DNA of 64,000 nt from a bacterium (GCA_021815445.1 JAKAGM010000001.1:787710-851709); one strand, 5' to 3'. Positions 38,763 to 50,264 are shown, counted from the stretch's first letter. Numbers and translations are program-made. Notes: generated from the sequence alone by a model not told the origin.

Positions 38763-41225
38763 TTACACAAATGTCACATTAGCGACTCGGTCGTCCTTTT
38801 CCGAAAAACGCATCAAGCGGACACCCTGGGTTGCCCGGCCAAGGACAGATACGGATTTGAGAGGCAGGCGGATAACCTGGCCCTTTGCGGAAATAATGAC
38901 CAGATCTTCCTGTTCGCGCTTGGCGTTCACGGTAAATGCGGCCACAATCTTGCCGGTTTTTGGAGTGATTTTCGCGGTCTTGATTCCGGATCCGCCTCTC
39001 CCCTGCACTTTGTACTGCGTCAGGTTTGTCCGTTTTCCGAATCCGTTTTCCATGACAATGAGCAGCTGCTCCCCCTGTTGGCCTTTGCCCGAGGTGATAA
39101 TGTCCATACCGGCTACGAGATCGTCTTTTTTGAGCCGTATGCCGCGGACACCCGAGGCATTCCTCCCCATCGCGCGCACCTGCTTTTCCCTGAACCGGAT
39201 TGACTGGCCGTTGGCGCTTGCCAGAATAATATCGTCATTGCCCGTCGTGGGCTTCACCCATTCAAGGACATCATCCTTCTTTAATTTAATGGCTATAAGT
39301 CCTGATCGCCTGACATTTTGGAAATCTTCAAGTCCCACGCGCTTGATGACGCCGTTGCGCGTGACCATAGCGAGCTGCTTGAATGCCCCAAGCTCCTCGA
39401 AAGACATCAGCGCGGTAATCTTTTCGTCAGGGCCGAGTTGGAGGAAATTCACCATTGCCTGGCCTTTAGCGGTGCGCGATGAAACAGGGACATCATACGC
39501 TTTTAGCTGGAATACCCTGCCCTTAGTGGTAAAGAAAAGCAAATCGGCATGCGTCATCGTGGCAAGGAGCTGTTCGGCCATGTCTTCATCTTTTGTGGCG
39601 AACCCGATAACCCCTTTTCCCCCGCGGCTTTGGCGGCGGAATGTCTCCGGAGGCAGGCGCTTGATGTAGCCCTGGCGGGTAGTCATGATGACGGCGGGCT
39701 CATTGGGAATAAGGTCTTCCTGGGAAAATTCGCCGACAGCGCCTTTGTGTATCTGCGTGCGCCGCTCGTCGCCGTACTTTTGCTTGAGCTCGGCGAGCTC
39801 GGCTTTGATAATGCCCAAAATTCTCAGCTCGCTCTTGAGTATCGCCTGCAGATCTTTGATCAGCTTTTGTTTCTCCTTATACTCCTGCTCCACTTTGAGC
39901 CTTTCGAGGTTGGCAAGTTGTTGCAATTTCATCTCGAGAATAGCAACGGCCTGCCGCTCCGAAAGTTTGAATCGTTTAATGAGGTTTGTCTTTGCCTGAT
40001 CCTTATCCTGCGACTGCTTGATCGTCTTGATCACAGCGTCTATCTTGACCAGCGCTATTCTCAACCCTTCGAGGATATGCGCACGCTCTTTGGCGCGGTC
40101 GAGGTCAAACGTTGTCCTGCGTCTGATGACTTCCTTGCGATGTTTGATGTGTTCCTCGAACACCATTTTGAGCGTGAGCACCCGCGGTTGTATGCCGTCG
40201 ACGAGGGCCAGCATGTTCACGTGGAACGACGTCTGGAGGTTGGTAAGCTGGAAAAGCCTGTTGAGGACTTTCTTGGGATACGCATCCTTGCGTAGCTCGA
40301 TGACAATGCGGACGCCGTCGCGGTCTGATTCATCGCGCAAATCCTTGATGCCGTCAATCTTCTTGTCTTTCACAAGATTGGCGATATTCTCCACGAGCGT
40401 CGCTTTGTTCACCTGATAGGGAATCTGCGAGACAATGATATGGAATGCACCGCTCTTGGTTTCTTGGATGTCGGTTACTGCCCGCATCACTATTGACCCT
40501 TTGCCCGTCGCATATGCGTTGCGGATATCGTCTGTGTTGTAGATAATGCCGCCTGTCGGGAAATCGGGGCCCTGGACGAACTTCATTAAGTCCCCTATAG
40601 AAGCGTCTGAATGGTCAATAAGGTAGGTGATGCCGTCGACGAGCTCAGTAAGGTTGTGAGGGGGAATACTGGTTGCCATGCCCACGGCAATGCCGACGGT
40701 ACCGGTAAGCATCAGGTTGGGAAGCTTGGCGGGCAGCACCTTCGGTTCCTGGTGCGCGCCGTCGTAGTTGGGCATAAAGTCGACGGTATTTTTGTCTATA
40801 TCGGTGAGCATCTCTTCTGCGATGCGGGTGAGCTTGGCTTCTGTATACCGCATGGCCGCCGGGGCATCACCATCCATCGAGCCGAAATTTCCCTGGCCAT
40901 CCACAAGCCGGTAGCGCATCGAGAATTCCTGGGCTAACCTGACGAGGGCGTCATAGACGGCCACGTCGCCGTGCGGATGGTATTTACCGAGCACTTCGCC
41001 GACAACGGTGGCTGATTTCCTGAACTTTGATGATGCACGTAAACCAATTCCCCACATAGCATAGAGAATGCGGCGATGGACAGGTTTCAGACCGTCCCTG
41101 ACGTCAGGCAGCGCGCGGGAGACGATAACGGACATCGCGTAATCAAGATACGACTCCTCCATCTCATCAACGATCTGGCGGGGCGTAATTATTGACTGGG
41201 GTTTCTTTTGTTCTTCTGCTGGCAT
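38763..41225 (-). CDS. gyrA: DNA gyrase subunit A
   Basis: [29 protein letters not shown], GyrA-box QSRGGKG. Confidence 0.97.
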   Translation of the reverse strand: MPAEEQKKPQSIITPRQIVDEMEESYLDYAMSVIVSRALPDVRDGLKPVHRRILYAMWGIGLRASSKFRKSATVVGEVLGKYHPHGDVAVYDALVRLAQEFSMRYRLVDGQGNFGSMDGDAPAAMRYTEAKLTRIAEEMLTDIDKNTVDFMPNYDGAHQEPKVLPAKLPNLMLTGTVGIAVGMATSIPPHNLTELVDGITYLIDHSDASIGDLMKFVQGPDFPTGGIIYNTDDIRNAYATGKGSIVMRAVTDIQETKSGAFHIIVSQIPYQVNKATLVENIANLVKDKKIDGIKDLRDESDRDGVRIVIELRKDAYPKKVLNRLFQLTNLQTSFHVNMLALVDGIQPRVLTLKMVFEEHIKHRKEVIRRRTTFDLDRAKERAHILEGLRIALVKIDAVIKTIKQSQDKDQAKTNLIKRFKLSERQAVAILEMKLQQLANLERLKVEQEYKEKQKLIKDLQAILKSELRILGIIKAELAELKQKYGDERRTQIHKGAVGEFSQEDLIPNEPAVIMTTRQGYIKRLPPETFRRQSRGGKGVIGFATKDEDMAEQLLATMTHADLLFFTTKGRVFQLKAYDVPVSSRTAKGQAMVNFLQLGPDEKITALMSFEELGAFKQLAMVTRNGVIKRVGLEDFQNVRRSGLIAIKLKKDDVLEWVKPTTGNDDIILASANGQSIRFREKQVRAMGRNASGVRGIRLKKDDLVAGMDIITSGKGQQGEQLLIVMENGFGKRTNLTQYKVQGRGGSGIKTAKITPKTGKIVAAFTVNAKREQEDLVIISAKGQVIRLPLKSVSVLGRATQGVRLMRFSEKDDRVANVTFV

Positions 41226-41234
41226 ACGGTAATG

Positions 41235-41705
41235 TTATTTCACCGGAGTGGTAAAAACGTTATTTTCTATCTGGCGGATGTATTCGTCAGATTGCGTATT
41301 AGTCGCTGACGGAACTTTTGAGAAGATACCCGAAAATCCCTTTACAGAATTGATTGCCGCATGGATTCGATCACCGATGCCCTGAAAACCCGTCCGATGA
41401 GATGAGGAAGTATATTGCGTCGGGTTGACCCCGAACCAGATCAGAATGAGAACTATAGTGATGCCGGTAACGCTCAGCCACATAATCATCCGCTTCCGCT
41501 GTTCGGTCGATGGCGTCAATGGACTATCGGCGCGTTTTGGCTCATTGACCTCGGGCGCAGATAATTTTTCCGGCACATATTCGGAGCGCTGTTCCTGATG
41601 AATGGCGACCGGTACGGGTTTGGCGGCATTTTCCTTTTTTTTCGCCGGACGTTGTCTGCTACCCCGTATCTTGCGGTTCAATTTTTGCGTTTCACTTTGC
41701 GGCAC
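41235..41705 (-). CDS. Hypothetical single-TM protein
   Basis: Charged N-terminus plus one TM; tightly packed in the operon. Confidence 0.6.
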   Translation of the reverse strand: MPQSETQKLNRKIRGSRQRPAKKKENAAKPVPVAIHQEQRSEYVPEKLSAPEVNEPKRADSPLTPSTEQRKRMIMWLSVTGITIVLILIWFGVNPTQYTSSSHRTGFQGIGDRIHAAINSVKGFSGIFSKVPSATNTQSDEYIRQIENNVFTTPVK

Positions 41706-41717
41706 ACGTGCGGCGCG

Positions 41718-42359
41718 TTATGGTTTTAGAAAGATAATTCGTGTTTCTTCTTGCGGTACTTCTTTTGAAGTGATACGGAGTTTGTCCATTGTTTCGGCCT
41801 TAGCCCCCATCTCGCGCCTGAATTTCTCACCGTCATCCAATTTCTTTCCCAACTTCAATCCGGGAATCTGGTAATGCATGGGAATAACAATTCGCGGTTC
41901 GATCTGGCTGATAACTTTCGAAGCTCCTTTGGCGTCGATAGTGTAAATGTCTCCGACGGGAATCATTAGGATATCGACATCTTCAAGCTTTTCAAGCTGT
42001 TCCTGAGTCAGCTCAGACGTGCCGAGATCTGCGAGATGCGCGATGGTCAGTCCTTCATACTCTATGGAGTACATGGTCACCATGCCGCGGTCAGCGCCAT
42101 GGCTGGAGTCATGGTATCCCTGCACGCCATATATGAAAATATTTCGTACTTCGTACTCTCCGGGTCCGTCGATAATAAAAGGGGAACCGGCAATAGCGCT
42201 TCGATTCGCATGATCATAGTGATCGTGGGTAATCAGCAGAAGATCGGCGGAAAGCTTCGGCAGTTTGAGCCCGATAGACGTATCGAACGGGTCGATGACT
42301 ATAGTCGAGTCTTTCCCTTGGATTCTAAAACAGGCTTGTCCAAGCCAGGTGATAATCAT
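41718..42359 (-). CDS. MBL-fold metallo-hydrolase (Lactamase_B_3-like)
   Basis: ITWLGQACF, THDHYDH, PGEYE, HLADLG, IPMHY. Confidence 0.9.
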   Translation of the reverse strand: MIITWLGQACFRIQGKDSTIVIDPFDTSIGLKLPKLSADLLLITHDHYDHANRSAIAGSPFIIDGPGEYEVRNIFIYGVQGYHDSSHGADRGMVTMYSIEYEGLTIAHLADLGTSELTQEQLEKLEDVDILMIPVGDIYTIDAKGASKVISQIEPRIVIPMHYQIPGLKLGKKLDDGEKFRREMGAKAETMDKLRITSKEVPQEETRIIFLKP

Positions 42360-42509
42360 GGGCTTAAAAAATAATAAATTCTTTCACACTCGAAGTGTAG
42401 CAAAAAAAAACGAAGAAGTACAGTCCCCGAGGGGTCAAAAAAATGGCTGCTATTAGCCAAGAAAAAGGGTGTGCACCCTCTGGGGATAGATAGGACAACC
42501 CTCCGCGGA

Positions 42510-43649
42510 TTAGAGGGGCAAATCTACGGCCTCCGAAGCGGAAGGAATTTGTACTTCATGCGCGGTAGAGGCCCTGCTTTTTGAATTGGTAAAGAAATTG
42601 TCTACTTGCCAGCTGACCTTTTCTTCCATCTCAAACGTATGGAAAACATTCTCACGTATATCAGCAAGGAGTAAAATGCTGTTTGCCGGTATCACTAAAA
42701 GGTTTACCCGCACATGAGCCTGCGAATGTTCATGGGTAAGCGTCCCGTAAAAGATGTATTGGATGTCCAACTCTTTGGCGATTTTCTTTGCAAATTCGGG
42801 AGTAATGATTCTGCCGCCTGTCCAGCCGGATTGCTGGAGCGCTCTGAGCGTTTGTACGCGCGGGTAAGGAACTACGGCCGGTACCCGGACGAGGGTTCTT
42901 CGCACCGTTTCTTCTAATTTCACCCCGAGAATATCGAGCTCCCGCATCTGTGACATGTTATGGAATGGGAGAACGGCTGCATTCCACTTTCGCTGTGCCG
43001 AGCTCCGAGTTCCCGCTGGCTGGATCGTCGGGCTGGAATGGTCACTCTTCATTGTACGCGCCAAAGCCGACGCAGAAATGCCGGCGGCACCCATTTGGGC
43101 TATTTGCGGCGGGCGATAATTTTTCGCAGTGTTCTGTTGGGGCTGTTGGCGCGCCTGATCTTTGCGGACATTTTCCATGCGTATCTGGTCCGCCTGTTCC
43201 CGCTGTCGCAGTATCTCCCGTCCGTGTTGTATGCGCTGCTGGCGCGCGACTTCCTCTTTGCTCGGGCCTTTGGGCGCCTCGGCGGCAATTTCTTCCTTGG
43301 CTCCCGTTGTATACGCTTTGGTAACTCCAATCTTGCTTACATTTCCCTGCGGTCCCACTCCCTTAATCCCGATCTTCCGGGAAAACAGACTGAGTTTCAT
43401 TTTGTCGCTTTCGGCAATTTTTTTTGCCGCCGTGCTGATCAGCTGCTTGGCCTTTGACTGGGTGATATGGCTCGACCCGGGACGGTAGGTAAGCGAACGA
43501 AGCTCTTTATCGCTTCGGAGGAACTTCTTAAACGCAGTTTGCGTGACGGTCTTCCCTGTCTGGGTGGAGGCAAGCTTCCGTGCAACATCGCGCACCGTAT
43601 CTACTTTGATTTTTGGTTTATAAATGGGTGCCGCCATACTTTTGTACAT
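42510..43649 (-). CDS. Hypothetical protein with C-terminal TolB-N/CsgG-like domain
   Basis: AVLPFHN...AKKIAKELDIQYIFYGTL pattern; basic low-complexity N-terminus. Confidence 0.55.
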   Translation of the reverse strand: MYKSMAAPIYKPKIKVDTVRDVARKLASTQTGKTVTQTAFKKFLRSDKELRSLTYRPGSSHITQSKAKQLISTAAKKIAESDKMKLSLFSRKIGIKGVGPQGNVSKIGVTKAYTTGAKEEIAAEAPKGPSKEEVARQQRIQHGREILRQREQADQIRMENVRKDQARQQPQQNTAKNYRPPQIAQMGAAGISASALARTMKSDHSSPTIQPAGTRSSAQRKWNAAVLPFHNMSQMRELDILGVKLEETVRRTLVRVPAVVPYPRVQTLRALQQSGWTGGRIITPEFAKKIAKELDIQYIFYGTLTHEHSQAHVRVNLLVIPANSILLLADIRENVFHTFEMEEKVSWQVDNFFTNSKSRASTAHEVQIPSASEAVDLPL

Positions 43650-43893
43650 GTATTATACTGACTTTTTTCATTTCTGTCAATAAATCTGAGGCCGCCTCTT
43701 GCCAAATTTCCGCCATTGCGCTAATCTTTTTACACCAAGTAAATAATTTAATACGTCTTTTCTCTTCGCTTAAAGCGGTTTCCTGGGGGAAATCGCACGC
43801 GATAAGGGAAAGGGGCTCATCATTCTCAATACGATTTTCAAGATTTTTTATGGGAATGTGGGTTAATAGATTTTTTTGTTAGTTGAAAAACAT

Positions 43894-45093
43894 ATGAAAA
43901 AGACCGTGGCAAAAAAAGAGCAGGCCGGAGTCATGGACTCCCTTCTCGCCAGCGACCAACAGCCGAGCCTGCCAAAAGTTGACGACGTAGTCCAGGGAAC
44001 AATAGTCAGCGTCTCAAAAAATGAGGCATACCTCGACATCAAAGGACTCATGATGGGCGTCATACGGGGCAGAGAACTCTTTGATGAATCGGGCAACACG
44101 TCGTCATTGAAAGTCGGCGATACGGCCCAGGCGACAGTCCTCGAACTTGAGAATGAACAGGGAATTCTTGAACTCTCATTCAGGCAAGCGGGCCATCAGA
44201 AGGCCTGGGGCGATCTCGAAGACCTTATGAAAAAAGGCACTATCATCGACGTCCCTGTTATTAATGCGAATAAAGGAGGATTGATGGTGAGCGTCGGCCG
44301 GGTCGAGGGTTTCCTTCCGGTATCCCAGCTGACAGTAGAACACTACCCCCGAGTAGAGGGCGGCGATAAAACCAGAATTCTTGAACTGCTCTCCAAGTTT
44401 ATCGGCACACCGCTCAAGGCAAAGATTATCGACATCAACGAGGAGGAGGACAAACTTATCGTGTCAGAAAAAGCCGCGTGGGAAGAGGAGCAGCGCGACG
44501 TCCTCGCCCAATATCATGTCGGAGACATCGTGGAAGGCAAGGTAACCGGTGTCGTTGATTTTGGAGCATTTGTGGAATTCGGCAAACATCTCGAAGGCCT
44601 CGTCCATATATCCGAGCTCGCGTGGCAGCGTATTGACGATCCCCGTGACATCATCAAAGTAGGAAACGAAGTTCGCGCGAAAATCATCGGCATCGAAGGA
44701 TCGAAAATTTCTCTCTCGCTCAAAGCGCTGGTTCAGGATCCGTGGAAAGAGGCAGTTCGCCGTTATTCTATAGGGCAAAAAGTGTCAGGAAGGGTGCTCA
44801 AAGTGAACCCATTCGGGCTTTTTGTTGAGCTCGACCAGGATATTCACGGGTTGGCGCACATTTCTGAGCTCTCAGAAAAACACATCCACAGTCCTTCGGA
44901 AGTGGCAAAAGCGGGTGATACCGTGGAATTTAAAATAATCTCTATCGAGCCGGAGAACCACAGGCTCGGCCTGTCTATCAAAGCTTTAACGGAATCCGAG
45001 AAACCCGCGGAGTCCGCGGCTGAAGAGATCCCGGCCAATGCCGTCGAACAGGAGCAAGAAACGGCCAGCGGAGACAACCAACTGAAAGAATAG
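43894..45093 (+). CDS. rpsA: 30S ribosomal protein S1 (four S1 domains)
   Basis: Repeated S1 motifs EGFLPVSQL, FGAFV..EGLVHISEL, FGLFV..HGLAHISEL. Confidence 0.93.
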   Translation: MKKTVAKKEQAGVMDSLLASDQQPSLPKVDDVVQGTIVSVSKNEAYLDIKGLMMGVIRGRELFDESGNTSSLKVGDTAQATVLELENEQGILELSFRQAGHQKAWGDLEDLMKKGTIIDVPVINANKGGLMVSVGRVEGFLPVSQLTVEHYPRVEGGDKTRILELLSKFIGTPLKAKIIDINEEEDKLIVSEKAAWEEEQRDVLAQYHVGDIVEGKVTGVVDFGAFVEFGKHLEGLVHISELAWQRIDDPRDIIKVGNEVRAKIIGIEGSKISLSLKALVQDPWKEAVRRYSIGQKVSGRVLKVNPFGLFVELDQDIHGLAHISELSEKHIHSPSEVAKAGDTVEFKIISIEPENHRLGLSIKALTESEKPAESAAEEIPANAVEQEQETASGDNQLKE

Positions 45094-45161
45094 CGACTTG
45101 CATATTTCCCCGTTTTTAGGGATACTATAACCGCGAGCATGCTCATCATTCACCTACTTTT

Positions 45162-46988
45162 ATGCGGTCGCTAACAAAAAATTTACTCGCCTTCTTCCTG
45201 GTGATCGTCCTCATCATGGTTGTCTTCAGTTTGTTTTCCTCTTCGCTCAAGAAACCTCAGGTCGTGGGCATAGATGTGCTCGTCGACAAGCTTACGACCA
45301 AAGAAGTGCAAAAGATTGAGGTACAGGGTGACAAAGTGACCTTTACCGCAAAGAGCGGGGATGTATTCCAGGCGCAGAAAGAACCAACGGATTCGCTCAG
45401 TACCCTACTCAAAAACTACGGCGTGGATCCGGAGCTCTACAAACACGTCCCCCTGACAATCAAGGACACTTCGGGCGCGGCATTTTGGCTGGGGTCCATT
45501 TTGCCTTTCGCAATCCCCTTCCTCCTGTTCGCCGGATTCCTGTGGTTTATGATGAGGCAGGCCCAAGGCGCAAACTCGCGCGCCATGTCGTTCGGCCAAA
45601 GCCAGGCGAGAGAAATCAGGGCTGAAGAGCGGAAGAAACGCATCACATTCCGCGACGTCGCAGGAGTCAGAGAGGCGAAACAGGAGCTTCTTGAAGTTGT
45701 AGAATTCTTAAAAGAGCCGAAAAAGTTCCTCGCGCTCGGCGCGCAGATTCCAAAGGGCGTGCTCCTCATCGGACCGCCGGGCACCGGCAAAACATTGCTG
45801 GCGCGCGCTGTCGCCGGCGAGGCCAATGTCCCTTTCTTTCACATTTCCGGTTCCGAGTTCGTCGAAATGTTCGTCGGCGTCGGAGCCGCGCGGGTCCGGG
45901 ATCTCTTTAAACGGGCGAAACGGTCTGCGCCGTGCATAGTTTTTATGGATGAAATAGACGCGGTAGGCAGGCAGCGCGGCGCGGGTCTCGGTGGATCGCA
46001 TGACGAACGGGAACAGACGTTGAACCAGATACTCGTGGAAATGGACGGCTTCGACACGAATACGAACGTCATCGTCATAGCGGCGACAAACAGGCCCGAC
46101 GTCCTCGACCCGGCCCTCTTGCGCCCCGGACGTTTCGACAGACGGGTCATTCTCGATGTGCCCGATATAGCCGACAGAGAAGCTATCCTGAAAGTTCATT
46201 CGGTGAATAAACCGCTCGCGGCCGACGTGAACCTGCGTACTCTGGCTCAGCGGACTCCCGGATTCACCGGTGCTGACCTCGCAAACTTGTTTAACGAAGC
46301 CGCCATCCTCGCAGCGCGGAATAATCAAAAGAAAGTGACGATGGCCGAATGCCTTGAGAGCATAGAAAAGGTTCTCCTCGGCCCCGAGCGCAAAAGCCAC
46401 GTCCTCTCCAAACGGGAAAAGGAAATTACCGCATACCATGAGGCTGGACACGCGCTTGTCGCACACGAGCTGCCGAATACAGATCCCGTGCGCAAGGTGT
46501 CTATCGTCTCCCGCGGGAGAGCGGGCGGATATACGCTCAAACTCCCCTCGGAGGACAAACATTTGCATACTCGCGCAGAGTTTCTCGACGACATTGCCAT
46601 GATGCTCGCCGGACGCGCGGCTGAGAAAGAAGTTTTTAAAGATGTCACGACGGGCGCTCAAAACGATCTCAAAGAAGCGACTCAGCTGGCGCGCCAGATA
46701 GTCACCGAATACGGAATGAGCGAAAAACTCGGACCCCGTACCTTCGGCCAGAGAGAGGAAATGGTGTTCCTCGGACGCGAAATCCACGAGCGAAGGGATT
46801 ACAGCGAAAAGGTGGCGCAGATGATCGATCAGGAGGTATCAGACATTATTCATAAGGGATATGCCACCGCGCGGGAAATCATCGTCAAGATGCGGCCTAT
46901 GCTGGAAAAAATAGTCAAACAGCTGCTCGAAAAAGAAACGCTCGAGCAGGCTCAATTCGAGGCGCTTTTTAAAGCAACATCAGCATAA
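45162..46988 (+). CDS. ftsH: ATP-dependent zinc metalloprotease FtsH
   Basis: 2 TMs, [28 protein letters not shown]. Confidence 0.97.
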   Translation: MRSLTKNLLAFFLVIVLIMVVFSLFSSSLKKPQVVGIDVLVDKLTTKEVQKIEVQGDKVTFTAKSGDVFQAQKEPTDSLSTLLKNYGVDPELYKHVPLTIKDTSGAAFWLGSILPFAIPFLLFAGFLWFMMRQAQGANSRAMSFGQSQAREIRAEERKKRITFRDVAGVREAKQELLEVVEFLKEPKKFLALGAQIPKGVLLIGPPGTGKTLLARAVAGEANVPFFHISGSEFVEMFVGVGAARVRDLFKRAKRSAPCIVFMDEIDAVGRQRGAGLGGSHDEREQTLNQILVEMDGFDTNTNVIVIAATNRPDVLDPALLRPGRFDRRVILDVPDIADREAILKVHSVNKPLAADVNLRTLAQRTPGFTGADLANLFNEAAILAARNNQKKVTMAECLESIEKVLLGPERKSHVLSKREKEITAYHEAGHALVAHELPNTDPVRKVSIVSRGRAGGYTLKLPSEDKHLHTRAEFLDDIAMMLAGRAAEKEVFKDVTTGAQNDLKEATQLARQIVTEYGMSEKLGPRTFGQREEMVFLGREIHERRDYSEKVAQMIDQEVSDIIHKGYATAREIIVKMRPMLEKIVKQLLEKETLEQAQFEALFKATSA

Positions 46989-47011
46989 TTTTTTTAACCA
47001 AGGAGGATAAT

Positions 47012-48022
47012 ATGACAGGAACACTTTTCCGCGATATCATCCGCCAGTCATGGCAGATCATGTGGCGGCACAAATACCTTTGGCTCTTTGGATTTTTCGC
47101 AGCACTGATGGGCAATGGCGGGGAGATGCAGGTACTGTTAAATAATATTATCAATGTTGGAGAGTCCCCGGCTACCCTGCTCAGCCTGCGCAATTTGTAC
47201 GGCTCCGGTCTTCTGGGAGTTATCTTTATCAACTTCGTGGATTTCCTGCATAGATCGCCGCTTGAAGCGCTGCTCTTTTTATTGGTCTTTATCGCGACGG
47301 GCATTGTCGTCATCTGGCTTATTGTCACTTCCCAGGGGGCGCTCTATGACGGGATTAACAGGATAGTGACCAATAAAAAAGCTGACATGGCCCAAGGATA
47401 CCGCGCAGGATCGCATTACTTCGGCCGGGTACTCTCACTCACTATTCTTTCCGCCGTCTGTACCTACGGGGTCCTGTTTATCCTGAGCCTTCCCATTATC
47501 GTCATACTGCTGATCAAAAGTTCTCAGACAGGAGTGTTGCTGTATCTTCTGTTCGGCTTCTTAATCCTCGTGCCTTTGGGGCTGATCATCGCCATGGTAG
47601 CGAAGTATGCAGTGTTATATGTCGTAACCTATGACCAGAAACTCTGGCAATCAATCAATTCCGGCTGGCGGCTGTTGAAACGGAATCTCCTCATCTCCAT
47701 CGAGACGTCGATTGTAGTATTCATCCTTGGTCTCGTGGGAGCATTCGCACTGGTGATAGCATTGATTTTCCTGAGTGTTCCCTTTATTTTGCTTGGATTC
47801 CTTACGCTTGTATTCAACACGTCCGCAGGATTCATGTTCATCATCATCCTCGGTCTGGTTGTTCTCGGAATAACCGTCGGTGTGTACGGAGCCATGTTCT
47901 CAGCTTTCCGCTATAGCGTATGGACATTACTTTTCCTCCGGCTTATAGAAAATAAGGGGGAAAGCAAAATTCTCAGGATGGTCGGCCAGGCAGCGCAGTA
48001 CTTCGGCAAGAAACCGGCGTAA
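47012..48022 (+). CDS. Multi-pass membrane protein
   Basis: About 6-7 TMs; AGGAGG SD; KYLWLFGFFA N-terminal motif. Confidence 0.75.
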   Translation: MTGTLFRDIIRQSWQIMWRHKYLWLFGFFAALMGNGGEMQVLLNNIINVGESPATLLSLRNLYGSGLLGVIFINFVDFLHRSPLEALLFLLVFIATGIVVIWLIVTSQGALYDGINRIVTNKKADMAQGYRAGSHYFGRVLSLTILSAVCTYGVLFILSLPIIVILLIKSSQTGVLLYLLFGFLILVPLGLIIAMVAKYAVLYVVTYDQKLWQSINSGWRLLKRNLLISIETSIVVFILGLVGAFALVIALIFLSVPFILLGFLTLVFNTSAGFMFIIILGLVVLGITVGVYGAMFSAFRYSVWTLLFLRLIENKGESKILRMVGQAAQYFGKKPA

Positions 48023-48059
48023 CACAATAAAAGCCAAAAATCTTTTGATGTGGAGCCAG

Positions 48060-48136
48060 TGGTGGGCGGTACAAGACTCGAACTTGTGACCTCCACAATG
48101 TCAATGTGGCGCTCTAACCAACTGAGCTAACCGCCC
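48060..48136 (-). tRNA. tRNA-Val(GAC)
   Basis: GGGCGGT acceptor, CCACA-TTGACAT-TGTGG arm, encoded CCA. Confidence 0.95.
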
Positions 48137-48151
48137 ATGAATTGTTTTATT

Positions 48152-48225
48152 TGGGCGCGCTTGGATTTGAACCAAGGACCCCGGACTTATAAGGTCCGTG
48201 CTCTAACCAACTGAGCTACGCGCCC
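48152..48225 (-). tRNA. tRNA-Ile(TAT)
   Basis: GGGCGCG acceptor, CGGAC-CTTATAA-GTCCG arm with TAT anticodon, A73. Confidence 0.9.
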
Positions 48226-48341
48226 TCGTTTCTATGAGCACGGCAAGTGCTTAGTATGCAGCAGGTCTCTCCCTATTGTCAACTCTCAACATCTATGTTA
48301 ACTTAGCATATCTTAATCAATGGAGTAAACTGAGAGTAGAT

Positions 48342-49004
48342 ATGCCAACACCAGAATACTACACCCCTTCAGTAGACGAGTACCGGGTCGCTGAAGAGAT
48401 AATGACGGAGGAGCAAAAACGCGACAGTGACGAGCGGGTGCGCGCCTTTGCAGAATCCAAACCAAACCGCTTGAATGAGAAAACCGGGACCCTGCTCCAT
48501 CCTATTGCAGAGCAACTCATTGAATTTGAGAATCTCCCGTCTTACGCGGAGCAGCATGGTTTCACGCGGAAACCCGAGTTCCATTTCACCGTTATCAGCA
48601 ATCGCTCCGGAAAGATAGTGAAAGAGAGGCTTGGTCAACTCCCGGATGATGAGCGACGGCAGGCCGTCCAGCGTATTAACGAAGCTGCCCAGAAAGTAGA
48701 TTGGTCCATGAAGTCGGGAGAGCTCCGGCGCGTGATAAAAGACTACGTAGTAACAAATGATAGGGACGATGAAATATCCCGCGAGCGGAGGGAAAGCATC
48801 ATCCAGCTTCTCGACATCCCGGGAATAGCAGAGTTCTACGCCACGCTGAATGAAGTCCTCGGCACCGCCATCGAGCCGCCTCCCGCCCATATTACGCTTT
48901 ACAGCACCAGCTCCGACCCTAAGAATATTTCTCGCGGCATCGGGATAGAGTCCCAAGCCGAGATGGACGGGTTGCACCCTGAGCCGGTGGACCTCAAAAC
49001 ATAA
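48342..49004 (+). CDS. 2H phosphoesterase family protein
   Basis: Two HxT motifs, EFHFTVI and PAHITLY, about 100 aa apart. Confidence 0.7.
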   Translation: MPTPEYYTPSVDEYRVAEEIMTEEQKRDSDERVRAFAESKPNRLNEKTGTLLHPIAEQLIEFENLPSYAEQHGFTRKPEFHFTVISNRSGKIVKERLGQLPDDERRQAVQRINEAAQKVDWSMKSGELRRVIKDYVVTNDRDDEISRERRESIIQLLDIPGIAEFYATLNEVLGTAIEPPPAHITLYSTSSDPKNISRGIGIESQAEMDGLHPEPVDLKT

Positions 49005-49096
49005 CTTCAATCTCACCATCCTGAGGAGGCCGTGTCTCCTGTCGCGACCAACGAAGGATCCCGACCCGCAGTCGCCAGGCGAATCAACCTCTTCCT

Positions 49097-49263
49097 GCGC
49101 GGCGTATGTTTGAGCCCCGCACCATCTGATGGTGTGGGGTGAGTTTGCGCCGCGACGTCCTTTTCCCGCCACCTTTATGTCAAACCATGGGGGCGGATCC
49201 CGCCTATACGGCGGTGACTTTTCTCTCCACTTTTCTTTGGACGAGCAAAGAAAAGTGGAGCCC
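49097..49263. repeat. Structured REP/MITE-like element, copy 2
   Basis: GCGCGGCG..TGTTTGAG[CCCCGCACC..GGTGTGGGG]TGAGTTTGC..plus the 46-bp block shared with 24089-24134. Confidence 0.8.
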
Positions 49264-49403
49264 CTCCGGAGGGCAACTGATGTGATCATCCCCTATTTTT
49301 TCGTTAGTTACGCTTGACCAAACTAATGTAATACCCTAAGGTAATAAGCCAAACAAAGGAAATTGGACTTTTTACAACTCGAGACATATAGGGAGAATCG
49401 AAC

Positions 49404-50264
49404 ATGCGAGAAAACATCTTTACTGGCCAATTGCCAAGCGGAGAAGTACCCACAGTGATGCTCAACCGACATGAGGGAACCATACGCCAGGTTGATACAT
49501 TGGCTATTACAATGGTAGCGGTATACCTTGCCCAGATGATTCACGGTTGGCGGACGGCATGGGGCGACAACATCCACAGAGCTCTTGATTTCATTCAGAG
49601 CCGGGCCTACCTCAGCAAGATCGAAGACTTCCCGGCGTTCCACTTTAACGCTTACTACCCACCTGATTGGGAAGATACAAGTTTCGCCATCTTTCTGCTG
49701 GCGCGGAATGGACGTTTGGATACCGGACGGCTAGCGAACCTACGAGATTTGCTGCACCTCAACACTACGGAGGACGGGACTGGAATTTGGCTCAAGGATT
49801 CCTACTCAACTGGTAACGCCCAAAGCAACCACTGGGATCCAACCAGCTCTATCAACATTCTTAGGCTCCATTACCTTCTCGAGACTGATCCACGGTCAAG
49901 ACGGGCGACCGAGAAATTTGTCACAAGACACCTGAACCTCGGTGCATTCGACTCCGCGACCCTGTACTACACCCCTCCGATTGCCGCTTTCTTTGCCAGC
50001 AGGTTACTGACTGACTTTCCAGAAGTGACGGGAGAAATCCACTACGCGCTGTCGAGTTTCGTCGCGGATGTCAGGGAAGCAGTCGTGCGGGGATATCTGA
50101 CTGCCACGCTGTTTGAAAGGGCGCTGCTCGGCTATCCCGATCCATCAGACGATGATGGACTGATTTTCCACCATGGAAAGCGGACGGTGATTTGGTATGG
50201 CAGTCCTGTCCTCCACCAGTTAGCTTGTATGGCCTCTTACACGGCACCTTTGTCTACAAATTGA
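49404..50264 (+). CDS. Hypothetical protein, possible alpha/alpha-barrel (prenyltransferase/cyclase-like) fragment
   Basis: RALDFIQS, YPPDWEDTSFA, WYGSP motifs; GGGAG SD. Confidence 0.5.
   Translation: MRENIFTGQLPSGEVPTVMLNRHEGTIRQVDTLAITMVAVYLAQMIHGWRTAWGDNIHRALDFIQSRAYLSKIEDFPAFHFNAYYPPDWEDTSFAIFLLARNGRLDTGRLANLRDLLHLNTTEDGTGIWLKDSYSTGNAQSNHWDPTSSINILRLHYLLETDPRSRRATEKFVTRHLNLGAFDSATLYYTPPIAAFFASRLLTDFPEVTGEIHYALSSFVADVREAVVRGYLTATLFERALLGYPDPSDDDGLIFHHGKRTVIWYGSPVLHQLACMASYTAPLSTN

Noticed and set aside
38857-49289. Long antisense ORFs (38857, 39549, 45708, 48369)
   Set aside because: Shadows of gyrA, ftsH and the 2H gene on the opposite strand
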